DNA from: an uncultured Nitrospiraceae bacterium
GTDB taxonomy: Bacteria; Nitrospirota; Thermodesulfovibrionia; Thermodesulfovibrionales; SM23-35
Length of the DNA stretch: 64,000 nucleotides
Assembly: GCA_963727775.1 (NCBI GenBank)
Contig: CAVSHB010000001.1
Location: forward strand, 768,001-832,000
Reading direction: 5' to 3'
This document shows, in pieces, positions 1-9,891 of the stretch (within the stretch, counting starts at the first letter, position 1; each line of letters starts with the position of its first letter). The notes beneath the pieces were generated by a model. It was not told where the DNA came from, did not search any database, and saw only the letters and a list, made by a program, of their open reading frames with translations. Both the position numbers and the translations under genes were made by a program.

Positions 1-96
1 TGCATCGTTGCTAACTATTACGGCAGGACGTTTTTTCCTGATCTCTCCGCCGACCGAGGGATCAAAATTAACCCACCAGACCTCACCTCTTTTCAT
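1..96 (-). CDS. PemK/MazF-family toxin (runs off window edge)
   Basis: Manual translation MKRGEVWWVNFDPSVGGEIRKKRPAVIVSNDA gives the classic MazF N-terminus; overlaps the antitoxin stop. Confidence 0.9.
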   Translation of the reverse strand, partial: MKRGEVWWVNFDPSVGGEIRKKRPAVIVSNDA

Positions 97-313
97 GCGC
101 TATGTCCTTGAGAGTTGTCTCGGCCCAATCCAGGGCTTCTGCTTCTCGTTTTTTGTCCTTTGCCATTTGGGAGTATGCCAATTCAAGATTTGGGCGAACT
201 ACGTGCGGGCGAACCAATTCCTCAACAAATTTGCTGATTTTGCGGGGGCCAATTGTCTTATGAAGTCCCGCATAGACTTCCTCATCTATAGTTATGGTCA
301 ATTTTTTTTGCAT
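83..313 (-). CDS. Antitoxin of the MazF/PemK toxin-antitoxin pair
   Basis: 76 aa, RHH-like N-terminus (KKLTITIDEEVY), acidic C-terminus, SD GGAGG, directly upstream of the toxin. Confidence 0.8.
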   Translation of the reverse strand: MQKKLTITIDEEVYAGLHKTIGPRKISKFVEELVRPHVVRPNLELAYSQMAKDKKREAEALDWAETTLKDIAHEKR

Positions 314-339
314 TGAAATCCTCCTTTCATTATACGTGT

Positions 340-369
340 AGTATACGTATTACTATCAAATCATGTCAA
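340..369 (-). promoter_or_regulatory. Sigma70-type promoter of the TA pair
   Basis: Minus strand TTGACA-N18-TATACT upstream of the antitoxin SD. Confidence 0.6.
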
Positions 370-393
370 TGTTTATAGTAGTTTCTATTCTGG

Positions 394-584
394 GGCTAAC
401 GCAGAAATAAGGCGCGGGTGAACAGCCATAGCAAAATTATTTAAATAGGGACACATCCCATATCTTCTGTTACTATTCTTTTCCCTTATTCTACAAGAGT
501 GGCTCAACATGCTCCGAAATAGGGATGTGTCCCTATTTACTCCCTATTTACTCATTCCGCGTCTGGTTGAAGGCGGTGTTATGC
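394..584 (-). other. Degenerate or hybrid attC-like site interrupted by an inverted-repeat element
   Basis: Minus strand begins GCATAAC (584-578) just after the stop of ORF 600-1175 and ends GTTAGCC (400-394). Confidence 0.55.
442..539. repeat. 18-bp perfect inverted repeat pair (MITE/REP-like)
   Basis: TAAATAGGGACACATCCC at 442-459 and its reverse complement at 522-539. Confidence 0.75.
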
Positions 585-599
585 ATTGTATCGCCTTTT

Positions 600-1175
600 T
601 TATGCGTCGTATTTCACGGTTGTGATTATTTTACTGAAAGCATCGGCCTTTCTTGCTAATTCTTCATATAATGGCTGAAATACTATTAACCATTTGGAGC
701 CATCGGTATCGCCGGTTTTATATTGTTCTTTGTGGCCTTCGATGATTTCATTTAATTTGTCCCTTATATTAAGTATTTCCTTGAACGCTGGCTTAATTGA
801 TGGGAAATATAAGTCTATCAGCATCATTATCCGGTGTGGCTCGAAGTCTCTTTGAGAGCTATTTTTTAGTGCCATGTCAAGTGCCTGATCATAAGATATT
901 TGTTGCATCATCAAAGCACGATAAGGCACATAACGGGCCACCTGCATATCTAGAAATTTATTGGATAGCACGTAGAGTTCCTCCAAGCGATCCCGCAGAT
1001 GTTCTTCGTTTCTCTTTCTTCTTTCCTCATCTAATCGGATTTTTAATCTCTGGAAATTAGCTCGGTTGGTCAGCCATACTCCTAATAATGTCAATGCAGA
1101 CGTGAATATCGCAGTTATTAAGATAATCCATGCTTGTGAGGGTATACTTTGAAGAAGGGCAATAAAGTCTTTCAT
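600..1175 (-). CDS. Hypothetical protein with N-terminal TM helix (gene-cassette ORF)
   Basis: 191-aa ORF, hydrophobic residues about 16-35, AT-rich, bounded by GTTATGC...GCATAAC. Confidence 0.75.
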   Translation of the reverse strand: MKDFIALLQSIPSQAWIILITAIFTSALTLLGVWLTNRANFQRLKIRLDEERRKRNEEHLRDRLEELYVLSNKFLDMQVARYVPYRALMMQQISYDQALDMALKNSSQRDFEPHRIMMLIDLYFPSIKPAFKEILNIRDKLNEIIEGHKEQYKTGDTDGSKWLIVFQPLYEELARKADAFSKIITTVKYDA

Positions 1176-1193
1176 ATTATTTTTCCATTAATT

Positions 1194-1253
1194 GCATAAC
1201 AATCTTATTAACTGGTTTCTCGGTATCATACGCAACGCCTGAAAATAATGCAA
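1194..1253 (-). promoter_or_regulatory. Pc-like promoter plus attI-like core site
   Basis: Minus strand TTGCAT(1253-1248)-N17-TATGAT(1230-1225), then core GTTATGC (1200-1194). Confidence 0.5.
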
Positions 1254-1416
1254 TAAAGTTGACAACTTTTTAGGCACCGGGTTTTTGTCGCTGCGATGTT
1301 CTGCCCACTGCACTCTCTAATCTCTCCATTTTCAAAGTGTCTACCATTTCAATCTTTCTTCATTTCATAAAATCAAAAGAAATATTAAAATAACAACATA
1401 GAAGGAGGGGATTATT

Positions 1417-1749
1417 ATGACTGAATATTACAAAGACGAAGACCTGAGCAGATTTGGTGAAATAGGAAAATACAAGCCGGACCTGTTCAGAAAGTTTATG
1501 GACTGGTATAACTCTTCATTGGAGGCCGGTGTTCTGAGCAAAAGGGAAAAGGCTCTTATAGGACTTGCAGTGGCGCATGTTGTCCAGTGCCCGTACTGCA
1601 TAGACTCATATTCGAAAAGCTGTCTTGAGGAAGGGATGAGCCTTGAACATATTACAGAGGCTATTCACGTAGCTTCTGCTGTTAGGGGTGGGGCCTCGCT
1701 TATACACGGCATTCAGGCCCATAATGTTGTAGATAAAATATCTCTGTAA
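1417..1749 (+). CDS. AhpD/CMD-family peroxidase-like protein associated with ArsS radical SAM
   Basis: LSKREKALIGLAVAHVVQCPYC motif; adjacent to arsS. Confidence 0.85.
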   Translation: MTEYYKDEDLSRFGEIGKYKPDLFRKFMDWYNSSLEAGVLSKREKALIGLAVAHVVQCPYCIDSYSKSCLEEGMSLEHITEAIHVASAVRGGASLIHGIQAHNVVDKISL

Positions 1750-1759
1750 ATCCGGAGCC

Positions 1760-2740
1760 ATGGAATTCAAAGATAAAATAATGAGCATTAGCCCGAAACA
1801 ATTGGTTGCAAGTGAGGTCAAGATACTTCAGGTAAACCTCGGTTACAGATGTAATATGGCCTGTAAACACTGTCATATCAAAGCAGGGCCTGACAGGAAT
1901 GAGGAGATGGACGCAAAGACCATCGAAATGGTGCTCGATGTCCTGAGAGAGAACGATATCGGGACTCTCGACATTACCGGTGGGGCCCCCGAATTAAACC
2001 CTTATTTCAGATACCTTGTTACAGAGGCGGGGAAGATCGGTTCTCATATCATCGTCCGCAGTAATCTGACCGTTTTTTTTGAAGAAGGGCTGAGAGACCT
2101 GCCGGAATTTTATGCGGACAACTCTGTCGAGGTTACCGCTTCCCTTCCATATTATCTCGAAAATGACGTTGATAGAGTGAGAGGCAAGGGCAGCTTTCAA
2201 AAATGTGTAAATGCGCTTCATTTATTAAATCGCCTTGGCTATGCAGACGGTTCATTCGGCAGGAAACTCAATCTCGTTTACAATCCTCCGGGCGCCTTTT
2301 TAGCGCCCGAGCAGAAAACACTCGAGGAGGATTACCAAAGAGAACTGCGTGGGAGATACGGTATTACCTTTGATAAGCTTTATACGTTTTCAAATATGCC
2401 TATAGGCCGTTTTAGAGAATATCTGGTCCGCAGCAATAACCTCGAAGGATATATGAAAAAGCTGATTGCATCTTTTAACCCCGTCACTATCGACGGCTTA
2501 ATGTGCAGATATTTGATAAGTGTCGGCTGGGACGGAATGCTTTACGACTGCGACTTTAATCAGATTCTCGGCCTCAATCTCAGCAGCGGTCTGCCGTGCC
2601 ATATTAAAGACTTCGATTATTCAGGGCTTTCCCATAGGGAGATAATCGTCGGCGAACACTGCTATGGCTGCACAGCCGGCCAGGGTTCGTCCTGAGCGGG
2701 TGCAATCAATGAGCAGGCGGGCGCCTGCTATAAGAAATAA
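1760..2740 (+). CDS. arsS: Arsenosugar-biosynthesis radical SAM (seleno)protein ArsS; UGA at 2693-2695 probably Sec
   Basis: CNMACKHC, DITGGAPELNP, YDCDFNQ, C-terminal HCYGCTAGQGSS-UGA where the family has GSS[C/U]; frame stays open to TAA at 2738-2740. Confidence 0.85.
2712..2729 (+). promoter_or_regulatory. Putative SECIS hairpin
   Basis: AGCAGGC-GGGC-GCCTGCT stem-loop 16 nt after the UGA. Confidence 0.6.
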
Positions 2741-2767
2741 GATTTTTGCTTGACATGAAAATATAAT

Positions 2768-3640
2768 TTGCCTATTAAAAAAGTTGATGGCGGGGTAATA
2801 CTTGCTCTGCTGTCTGTATACATAATCTGGGGTTCAACCTATCTGGCTATTCGCATAGCACTGGAAGGATTCCCTCCGTTTTTTATGGCGGGTGTAAGAT
2901 TTTTGTGCGCGGGCTGTATGCTTTACATCTTCCTGAGAGCCAAAGGCGAGCCATTACCGACACTGCCTCAGGTGACTGGTGCCTCTATTGTCGGAGGGTT
3001 CCTGCTGCTGGTAGGCAACGGCGGAGTTGTATTTGCCGAACAGACTGTCGCGACCGGCCTTACTGCGCTGGCAATTGCTACTGTGCCGCTCTGGACAGTG
3101 CTTTTTTCAGGCATATGGAGACGATGGCCGGGACGTTTTGAATGGGCGGGTCTTGTCCTTGGATTAGCCGGTATCGTGCTCTTAAACCTGGAAGGGGACC
3201 TGAAGGCAAGCCCGGCCGGAGCGGTTGCTCTGATTATCGCAGCCGCGAGCTGGGCTTTCGGCTCTGCGTGGAGCGGAAATCTGCCGCTCCCCAAAGGTCT
3301 GATGGCCAGCGCCGTTGAGATGACGGCAGGAGGTTTGCTGCTGATCGTTGCAAGCCTTGTTATAGGAGAAAAGATAGATGTATTGCCTTCAACGCGCGCG
3401 GTAACGGCATTAACCTATCTGATTGTCTTCGGCTCGTTGGTAGGGTTCAGTTCATATGTATATCTTCTCAATAAGGTGAGACCTGCATTGGCGACGAGTT
3501 ATGCCTATGTTAATCCTGTTATCGCGGTTATATTGGGCATATGGTTTGCCGGCGAAAGGATAACCGGAACAGGAGTCTTGGCCATGACGGTCATACTGGC
3601 GGGGGTTGTGCTCGTGCTGATGGGGCAGAGAAAAAGGTAG
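2768..3640 (+). CDS. EamA/DMT-family permease (YedA-like)
   Basis: VYIIWGSTYLAIR, SYAYVNPVIAV, about 10 TM segments. Confidence 0.9.
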   Translation: MPIKKVDGGVILALLSVYIIWGSTYLAIRIALEGFPPFFMAGVRFLCAGCMLYIFLRAKGEPLPTLPQVTGASIVGGFLLLVGNGGVVFAEQTVATGLTALAIATVPLWTVLFSGIWRRWPGRFEWAGLVLGLAGIVLLNLEGDLKASPAGAVALIIAAASWAFGSAWSGNLPLPKGLMASAVEMTAGGLLLIVASLVIGEKIDVLPSTRAVTALTYLIVFGSLVGFSSYVYLLNKVRPALATSYAYVNPVIAVILGIWFAGERITGTGVLAMTVILAGVVLVLMGQRKR

Positions 3641-3740
3641 CTTTTCACCGTTCATCTTAATAGCTCCTTTTCAATCCATATTACCATACAATACAATGCG
3701 AAATACCTTTAGCCCACTTAATCCAAAAGAATTTGCGGGT

Positions 3741-3851
3741 GCCTACAGATACAGTATTTAAGCGGTTTTAAATTCTTTCAAAGAAAGAATTTACCTCGGA
3801 GGCCCGATCTGTACCGGGCCGAGAATGAACGCAAATACTGTATCTGTCGGT
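3741..3851. repeat. About 111-bp palindromic intergenic repeat (MITE/REP-like), copy 1
   Basis: Terminal IR ACAGATACAGTATTT...AAATACTGTATCTGT; reverse complement of the copies at 14400 and 63294. Confidence 0.85.
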
Positions 3852-3886
3852 AATCATATGAATAGGCCCACTGCGTTTTGCGGATA

Positions 3887-4918
3887 TTAAAGGTTGTTAA
3901 TTGCGTCTATGAAACGTCGCAGCCTTCCAAAGTCTTTGCGGTTGAAGTCCACTATGATGCGTGGTAGATGGGCAATCTCCGGCTCGTCGGCTTCCGCAGG
4001 TAAAGGCCCTGATAAATATATGCTTCCTCCAGGTATCAGGATATCTTGAAAACGGGCTTTCAGTTCTTCGACTGACCGGGGACCAATATCCGATGTGAGG
4101 CGGATGACCATCTTGTCTTCAACATATCGCAGGCTATGATATCGGTGGTAGAAACGACTGATCTTCTCCACTACGGCGTCCACGGAATCGACTCGTTCGA
4201 ACAGGTAAAAATCGGATGAGCTGATATAACCCTGATTCATAAGTTCTTCTTCAAAAAACTTGAGCCACTGCAGCCAATAGGTCCCCCCTGGTTCGTCCAC
4301 GAGCACCAATGGCAGGGGATCGCGTTTCCCGGTCTGTAAAAGTGTAAGAGTTTCCATTGCCTCATCCAATGTGCCGAATCCGCCCGGGAAAAGCACAATG
4401 GAGTCAGCCTCCTTGAGAAAGGCGACTTTTCTATTGAAAAAATATTTATACATAATAAGGCGGGGATTTCCATCGACTACGGGGTTGGGCTTCTGCTCAT
4501 GCGGAAGTCTGATGTTAACAGCGAAGGAATGTTCCGAACCGGCGCCCTCATTAATTGCCTGCATGATACCGCCTCCGCCGCCGGTGATCACCATACAGCC
4601 TGCTTCGGCAAGTTTACGGCCCAGAAGGCGGGCCATCTTATAAACCGGCTCCTCAGGCTGTGTTCTTGCCGATCCGAAGACAGTAACTTTCTTTACGCTG
4701 TGGTAAGGGCCGAACACTTTAGAAGTAAACCGCATTTCCTTTAGTGTGCTGTTCATAAGCTTGAGGTCTGCTTTTTCCGCGTCTTCCTGCCCGGCCTTCA
4801 GTGCAGCCAGTACCATTTCCCGGACAAGTTCCGGGCAACAGATATGGCCTGCAAGCTCCATTAATAGATCGATCGCATCATCTACAGGGCCATTGGATCT
4901 GTTAAAGTGAAGTTCCAT
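3887..4918 (-). CDS. LOG-family (TIGR00730-like) nucleotide-binding protein with extensions
   Basis: VTVFGSAR, ITGGGGGIM, FPGGFGTLDE motifs. Confidence 0.9.
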   Translation of the reverse strand: MELHFNRSNGPVDDAIDLLMELAGHICCPELVREMVLAALKAGQEDAEKADLKLMNSTLKEMRFTSKVFGPYHSVKKVTVFGSARTQPEEPVYKMARLLGRKLAEAGCMVITGGGGGIMQAINEGAGSEHSFAVNIRLPHEQKPNPVVDGNPRLIMYKYFFNRKVAFLKEADSIVLFPGGFGTLDEAMETLTLLQTGKRDPLPLVLVDEPGGTYWLQWLKFFEEELMNQGYISSSDFYLFERVDSVDAVVEKISRFYHRYHSLRYVEDKMVIRLTSDIGPRSVEELKARFQDILIPGGSIYLSGPLPAEADEPEIAHLPRIIVDFNRKDFGRLRRFIDAINNL

Positions 4919-4935
4919 GTTAAGAAAAAGAACAA

Positions 4936-5571
4936 TCAGGCAGAAAGTTCATCCTGAAATTTCCGGACAAATTTTCTTGAAAGATCGGAAATAGAGGCCC
5001 AGTCTTCATAGGTCACAAGTTCTTTCCTTAATATAGAGGACCCGACCAGTATGCACGAGGGTTTGGCTGCAATGTATTTAGAGGCATTGTCCAGGGTAAC
5101 ACCCCCGCAAAGCATATATTTTATGAAGGGCAGCGGGCCTCTGATGACCTTGAGAAAATCAAGTCCGCCGATCTCGACAAACGGGAAAAGCTTTATGATA
5201 TCTCCCCCCGCTTTGTATGCTCTATATATCTCAGTCGGAGTGCACGCGCCGGGAATGGCTATAAGTCCCTCTTTTTTTGTGAACCTTACAATCTCTTCAT
5301 CGAGATTGGGACTGACAATATATGAGGCCCCGGCTGTAACGGCCTTTTTTGCATCCGCTATATTGAGGACTGTGCCGGCGCCGATCATGGCGCCCGTTTC
5401 ACCGGTCAATTTCTTGATTACTTCCTCTGCTCCCGGCACGGAAAAGGTGATTTCCAAAAGATGGACACCACCGTGTATGCAGGCTATGGCGGCTTTATAG
5501 GCCTTTTCAGGCGTATCGGTGCGAACAGCGACCATCAGTTTGTGGTGTTCGATTGTTTCAATAAGAGTCAT
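4936..5571 (-). CDS. eda: KDPG/KHG aldolase
   Basis: LEITF, IGAGTVL, PGACTPTEI, IKLFP motifs; start moved to MTLIET at 5571. Confidence 0.85.
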   Translation of the reverse strand: MTLIETIEHHKLMVAVRTDTPEKAYKAAIACIHGGVHLLEITFSVPGAEEVIKKLTGETGAMIGAGTVLNIADAKKAVTAGASYIVSPNLDEEIVRFTKKEGLIAIPGACTPTEIYRAYKAGGDIIKLFPFVEIGGLDFLKVIRGPLPFIKYMLCGGVTLDNASKYIAAKPSCILVGSSILRKELVTYEDWASISDLSRKFVRKFQDELSA

Positions 5572-5647
5572 TTCAGTAGATATTTTTTCCGTCGGTATTC
5601 GTGAAAGAATGCTCAAAGCTTTCGAAACACACAGTAACCGGAAGCGC

Positions 5648-5830
5648 CTATGCCAGGCAGTCTTCCCTCCAGATGCAATTGACTTGATCGCATACACCGG
5701 AGATGGCGGTCCCAAAACAGTCAAAATTTCCTTCAGCCCTTTGGATGGACCTGATTATGTTCTCCTTTTTCATATTACCGACTTTTATGCCGTTGCTCTT
5801 TGCAATATCTTTTATCTTCTTGATAGTCAT
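5648..5830 (-). CDS. Small SAP/Rho-N-like domain protein with C-terminal Cys cluster
   Basis: KKENIIRSIQRAEGNFDCFGT...CDQVNCIWREDC; SD GGAGG. Confidence 0.75.
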   Translation of the reverse strand: MTIKKIKDIAKSNGIKVGNMKKENIIRSIQRAEGNFDCFGTAISGVCDQVNCIWREDCLA

Positions 5831-5863
5831 TTGCTTCCTCCTTCTTATACATTATATAGCAGA

Positions 5864-6697
5864 CTATTTAAATATTTTCAAGGATATGTCTACGGAGGGG
5901 GCTGAATGAGTCAATGCGCCGACGGAAATCAAATCAACACCGGTTTCTGCAATGCCTCTGACGTTTTCAAGTGTAACGCCTCCTGAGGCCTCAAGGATTA
6001 CCCTGCCGGCTGATATATCTACCGCCTTCCTTATATCGCCGATCGTCATGTTGTCCAGCATTATGATGTCTGCGCCTGCCTCTATCGCCTCATTGAGGGC
6101 GCGAAGATCTTCAACCTCGATCTCGATCTTTGCCGGATGATGGCCGGTTTTCGCACGCCGGACCGCTTCCTTAATGCTGCCCACAGCCGCTATATGGTTG
6201 TCCTTTATCAGGATGCCGTCGTAAAGACCAAACCTGTGGTTGCTCCCTCCGCCGGTCCTTACGGCATATTTCTCTATAAACCTGTGGCACGGAGTTGTTT
6301 TCCTTGTATCGACTATTTTTGCCTTGAAGCCTTTGATTTTATCAACATACGTGCCTGTGAGCGTAGCTATGCCTGAGAGCCTCTGCAGGATATTAAGACT
6401 GACACGCTCCCCGGCGAGGACAACATGTGTCTTTCCTGAAATTTCGGCAATAACATGTCCCTTCATGATTTTAGCCCCATCATTGAAAAATATTTTAAAA
6501 TTTATTGAAGGGTCGAGTATCCGAAAAACTTCTACGGCGAAAGGAAGACCGGCCAAGACAAAATCTCCCTTTGCCAGATAGGCCGCTTTTGATTGATCAT
6601 CCTCGGGTATCAGAAGAGATGAGGTTATATCAGCCGGGCCGATATCCTCTTCAAGCGCGCGCCGGAGCATCTCACTAACGCCCGGAGGAACGTCCAT
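5864..6697 (-). CDS. nadC: Nicotinate-nucleotide diphosphorylase (quinolinate phosphoribosyltransferase)
   Basis: DTRKTTP, HRFGLYD, KDNH, EASGG, ISVGALTHSA. Confidence 0.95.
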   Translation of the reverse strand: MDVPPGVSEMLRRALEEDIGPADITSSLLIPEDDQSKAAYLAKGDFVLAGLPFAVEVFRILDPSINFKIFFNDGAKIMKGHVIAEISGKTHVVLAGERVSLNILQRLSGIATLTGTYVDKIKGFKAKIVDTRKTTPCHRFIEKYAVRTGGGSNHRFGLYDGILIKDNHIAAVGSIKEAVRRAKTGHHPAKIEIEVEDLRALNEAIEAGADIIMLDNMTIGDIRKAVDISAGRVILEASGGVTLENVRGIAETGVDLISVGALTHSAPSVDISLKIFK

Positions 6698-6698
6698 G

Positions 6699-7187
6699 TT
6701 ATTTCTTTTTTGAGAGGAGAGAGACCAAGCCCCACACGCCTCCGAAAACAGCTCCAAATGCGACCGCAGAACGCCAGTCGAGCAAGGTCGTTACATTCCC
6801 TTCTACCTTATTCGAGATAACGAGGAAGGCGGATGTGTTCTCGGTTATTATTTCTTTTGCTGCCAGGATGCCTATAGCAGACCTGTTCGCCGTAGTTTTT
6901 TCTCTCGATATGGCCAGAGGTGAAAATGAAAAATTTATGGACACGTTCTCCCCTGAGGCAACAGCGGCGATACTCTGATTGAGGCTTACGTCATCACCCT
7001 TAAGGATGCCGGCTGCTCCCTGCGTGACTTCGACGCGTTCGCCGTCTATACTGAGAGCTCCCACCTGCTGGAGTTCAATATGACCTCCCTCAACGGACCT
7101 TATCGTGCTCTGTTTTACATTGACAAATTCCGCTTCGATGAACTCAATGCTGCTTTTTTCAAACTCCTTTGCCTCATTATGAGTCAT
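6699..7187 (-). CDS. Hypothetical protein, beta-rich with C-terminal TM anchor
   Basis: 162-aa ORF coupled between valS and nadC. Confidence 0.7.
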   Translation of the reverse strand: MTHNEAKEFEKSSIEFIEAEFVNVKQSTIRSVEGGHIELQQVGALSIDGERVEVTQGAAGILKGDDVSLNQSIAAVASGENVSINFSFSPLAISREKTTANRSAIGILAAKEIITENTSAFLVISNKVEGNVTTLLDWRSAVAFGAVFGGVWGLVSLLSKKK

Positions 7188-9891
7188 TCTTTACCTCCGC
7201 TTCTTTAAGGATTTTAATACTTTCCGTAATCTTTTCCTTCATGTGTATGAGCTCTTCATATTTCGCTTTTTCCTTGTCGATGATGTCCTGCGGTGCTTTC
7301 CTCAGGAAGTCGTCATTCAGGAGTTTCCTGTTGATAGTTGTAAGAGCCGAATCAATTTTCGCGTTGTCCTTTTTAAGTCTATCTATTTCGGTTGCAATAT
7401 TCAAGACGCCTTTCAGAGGAACAAATATTTCCATAAAACTTTTTACAGAGGTCGCAGCTCCCTCAGGTTTTCCGACATTTGTACCTATCTCTACATCATC
7501 GGCCCTTGCAAGGCTTCTGATATACTGCACGTTTTCTTTTAATATGGTCTCTACTTTTTTCGAAACTGTCTTGATCGACGTGTTTAATTTGACCGCCGGC
7601 GAAATATTAAGCTCACCCCTAATAGTCCTTATGCCCATAACTGCTTCTGTGATATATGACATTTCTTCTTCCGCCTTAGCGTCTTTAGGCAAAGCCGCCG
7701 GATAATCGGATATCATGATGCTCTCTTTTTTGTCTGCTTTATAACTGCCAAGGTTTAATTCCATGGTGTTGATCTTTTGCCATATCTCCTCGGTAATATA
7801 AGGCATAAAAGGATGCAGCAGTCTTAAGGCCGTATTGAGCGTATAGAGCAGGCACCATTTAACTCCGTTCTCCAATTTCCGGTCCTGCATTTCAATTTTT
7901 GACATTTCGATGTACCAATCACAGAATTCATGCCATATAAATTGGTATATGATGCTTGCAGCATCATTGAACCTGTATTCTTCCAAAGCTTTGTTTGTAT
8001 CTTCCACAGTTACCGAAAGCCGGCTTAATATCCACCTGCCCGGCAGTGAAAAACTTAAGTCTGCTTCTGCGAAGCCGGCGCAGGAGGACTGCCCGGTATT
8101 CATCAGGATAAATCTTGAAGCATTCCAGAGCTTGTTCACGAAATGTCTGTATCCTTCAACCCTGTCTTCTGAGAACTTAACATCCCTTCCCTGTGCTGCA
8201 AAAGCGGCGAGGGTGAAGCGAAAGGCGTCCGTGCCGTATCTTTCTATCATTATCAGGGGATCAACAACATTCCCTTTGGATTTGGACATTTTCTGCCCTT
8301 TTATGTCCCTGACAAGGGCGTGAATATAAACATCTCTGAATGGGACATCTCCCATGAATTTAAGCCCCATCATGATCATCCGCGCGACCCAGAAAAAGAT
8401 GATATCAAAGCCGGTAACGAGGACACTCGTAGGATAGAATTTTTTCAGATCATCTGTAATAACCGGCCATCCCAGCGTAGAAAAAGGCCAGAGTGCGGAA
8501 GAAAACCATGTATCGAGGACGTCTTCATCCTGAATTAAGTCGCTGGAACCACAGTGTACGCAGGCGCATGGTGTCTCTATGGATACATTGATGCCCTTGC
8601 GCAGCTTGCACAGGTCGGTTTTCATTTCCCTGCAGTACCATACGGGGATCCTGTGCCCCCACCATATCTGCCTCGATATACACCAGTCCTTAATGTCTTC
8701 CATCCATGCAAAATACGTATTTTCCCATGACTTCGGTATAATACTGATCTTCTTTTCCCTGACGGCGGCAACTGCATCTCTGGCAATTGACTGTACATTC
8801 ACATACCACTGTAATGTCGGCAGAGGCTCGGTAATCGTCTTGCACCTGTAACAGTGGCCGACAGCATGCTTATGCGGTTCTTCCTTTTCTATAAGATCCA
8901 GCTCTCTTAAATCTGCGAGCACGAGTTTTCTGCATTCATATCTGCCGATACCCGCATACCGCTCTCCTGCGTCGGATGTCATGCGGACGTTGTCTCCGAT
9001 GACAGTTATAAATTCCAGAGTCGGACTCTGCCTTTTTGCCATGGCCTCGTCGTTAAAGTCATGGGCCGGCGTTACCTTTACCGCGCCGGTGCCGAAAGAC
9101 GGGTCTACTGCTTGATCGGAAATAATCGGAATACGTCTGCGGGTCAGGGGAAGGCTGAGAGTTTTACCTATGTATTTTTTGTATCTGTTGTCGTTCGGAT
9201 TTACGGCCACAGCAGTATCGCCGAGCATAGTCTCCGGTCTCGTTGTCGCAACTGTTATATGACCACTGCTGCCGTCCGAGAAAGGATACCGTATATAAGT
9301 CAGCTTTCCTTCCAATTCTTCGTGCTCTACCTCAAGGTCCGATAAGGCAGTGTGACACCGGTGGCACCAGTTTATGAGACGGTTGTCCCTGTATATCAGG
9401 CCTTCTTCGTAAAGTCTCACGAACACTTCTCTGACGGCTTTTGAAAGCCCCTCATCGAGGGTGAACCTTTCTCTTGACCAATCACACGAGGCCCCGAGCT
9501 TCTTGAGCTGGTGGATTATCCTCCCTCCCGATTCGGCTTTCCATTTCCATACGCGGGCTATAAAAGCATCACGGCCGAGGGTATGTCTGTCCAGACCTTC
9601 GGATGCAATCTGTTTTTCCACGACGTTTTGTGTAGCAATCCCCGCGTGGTCGGTGCCCGGCAGCCAGAGGACCCTATAGCCCGACATACGTTTCCAGCGG
9701 GCGAGGATATCCTGTAAGACCGTATTCAGGGCATGTCCCATATGCAGGGAGCCTGTAACGTTTGGAGGCGGGATTACGAGAGAATAAGCAGTGCCTTTAT
9801 GATCAAGTCCGGGCGCAAAAAAACCTTTTGATTCCCAGTATTGATACCACTTCTCTTCGATGCCTTGTGGATTAAAGCCCTTGTCTAAAAT
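7177..9891 (-). CDS. valS: Valyl-tRNA synthetase; start probably non-canonical (ATT at 9891)
   Basis: PPPNVTGSLHMGH, DWCISRQ, KMSKS; the frame is open with ValRS-like sequence upstream of the ORF-track start. Confidence 0.95.
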   Translation of the reverse strand: MLDKGFNPQGIEEKWYQYWESKGFFAPGLDHKGTAYSLVIPPPNVTGSLHMGHALNTVLQDILARWKRMSGYRVLWLPGTDHAGIATQNVVEKQIASEGLDRHTLGRDAFIARVWKWKAESGGRIIHQLKKLGASCDWSRERFTLDEGLSKAVREVFVRLYEEGLIYRDNRLINWCHRCHTALSDLEVEHEELEGKLTYIRYPFSDGSSGHITVATTRPETMLGDTAVAVNPNDNRYKKYIGKTLSLPLTRRRIPIISDQAVDPSFGTGAVKVTPAHDFNDEAMAKRQSPTLEFITVIGDNVRMTSDAGERYAGIGRYECRKLVLADLRELDLIEKEEPHKHAVGHCYRCKTITEPLPTLQWYVNVQSIARDAVAAVREKKISIIPKSWENTYFAWMEDIKDWCISRQIWWGHRIPVWYCREMKTDLCKLRKGINVSIETPCACVHCGSSDLIQDEDVLDTWFSSALWPFSTLGWPVITDDLKKFYPTSVLVTGFDIIFFWVARMIMMGLKFMGDVPFRDVYIHALVRDIKGQKMSKSKGNVVDPLIMIERYGTDAFRFTLAAFAAQGRDVKFSEDRVEGYRHFVNKLWNASRFILMNTGQSSCAGFAEADLSFSLPGRWILSRLSVTVEDTNKALEEYRFNDAASIIYQFIWHEFCDWYIEMSKIEMQDRKLENGVKWCLLYTLNTALRLLHPFMPYITEEIWQKINTMELNLGSYKADKKESIMISDYPAALPKDAKAEEEMSYITEAVMGIRTIRGELNISPAVKLNTSIKTVSKKVETILKENVQYIRSLARADDVEIGTNVGKPEGAATSVKSFMEIFVPLKGVLNIATEIDRLKKDNAKIDSALTTINRKLLNDDFLRKAPQDIIDKEKAKYEELIHMKEKITESIKILKEAEVKNDS

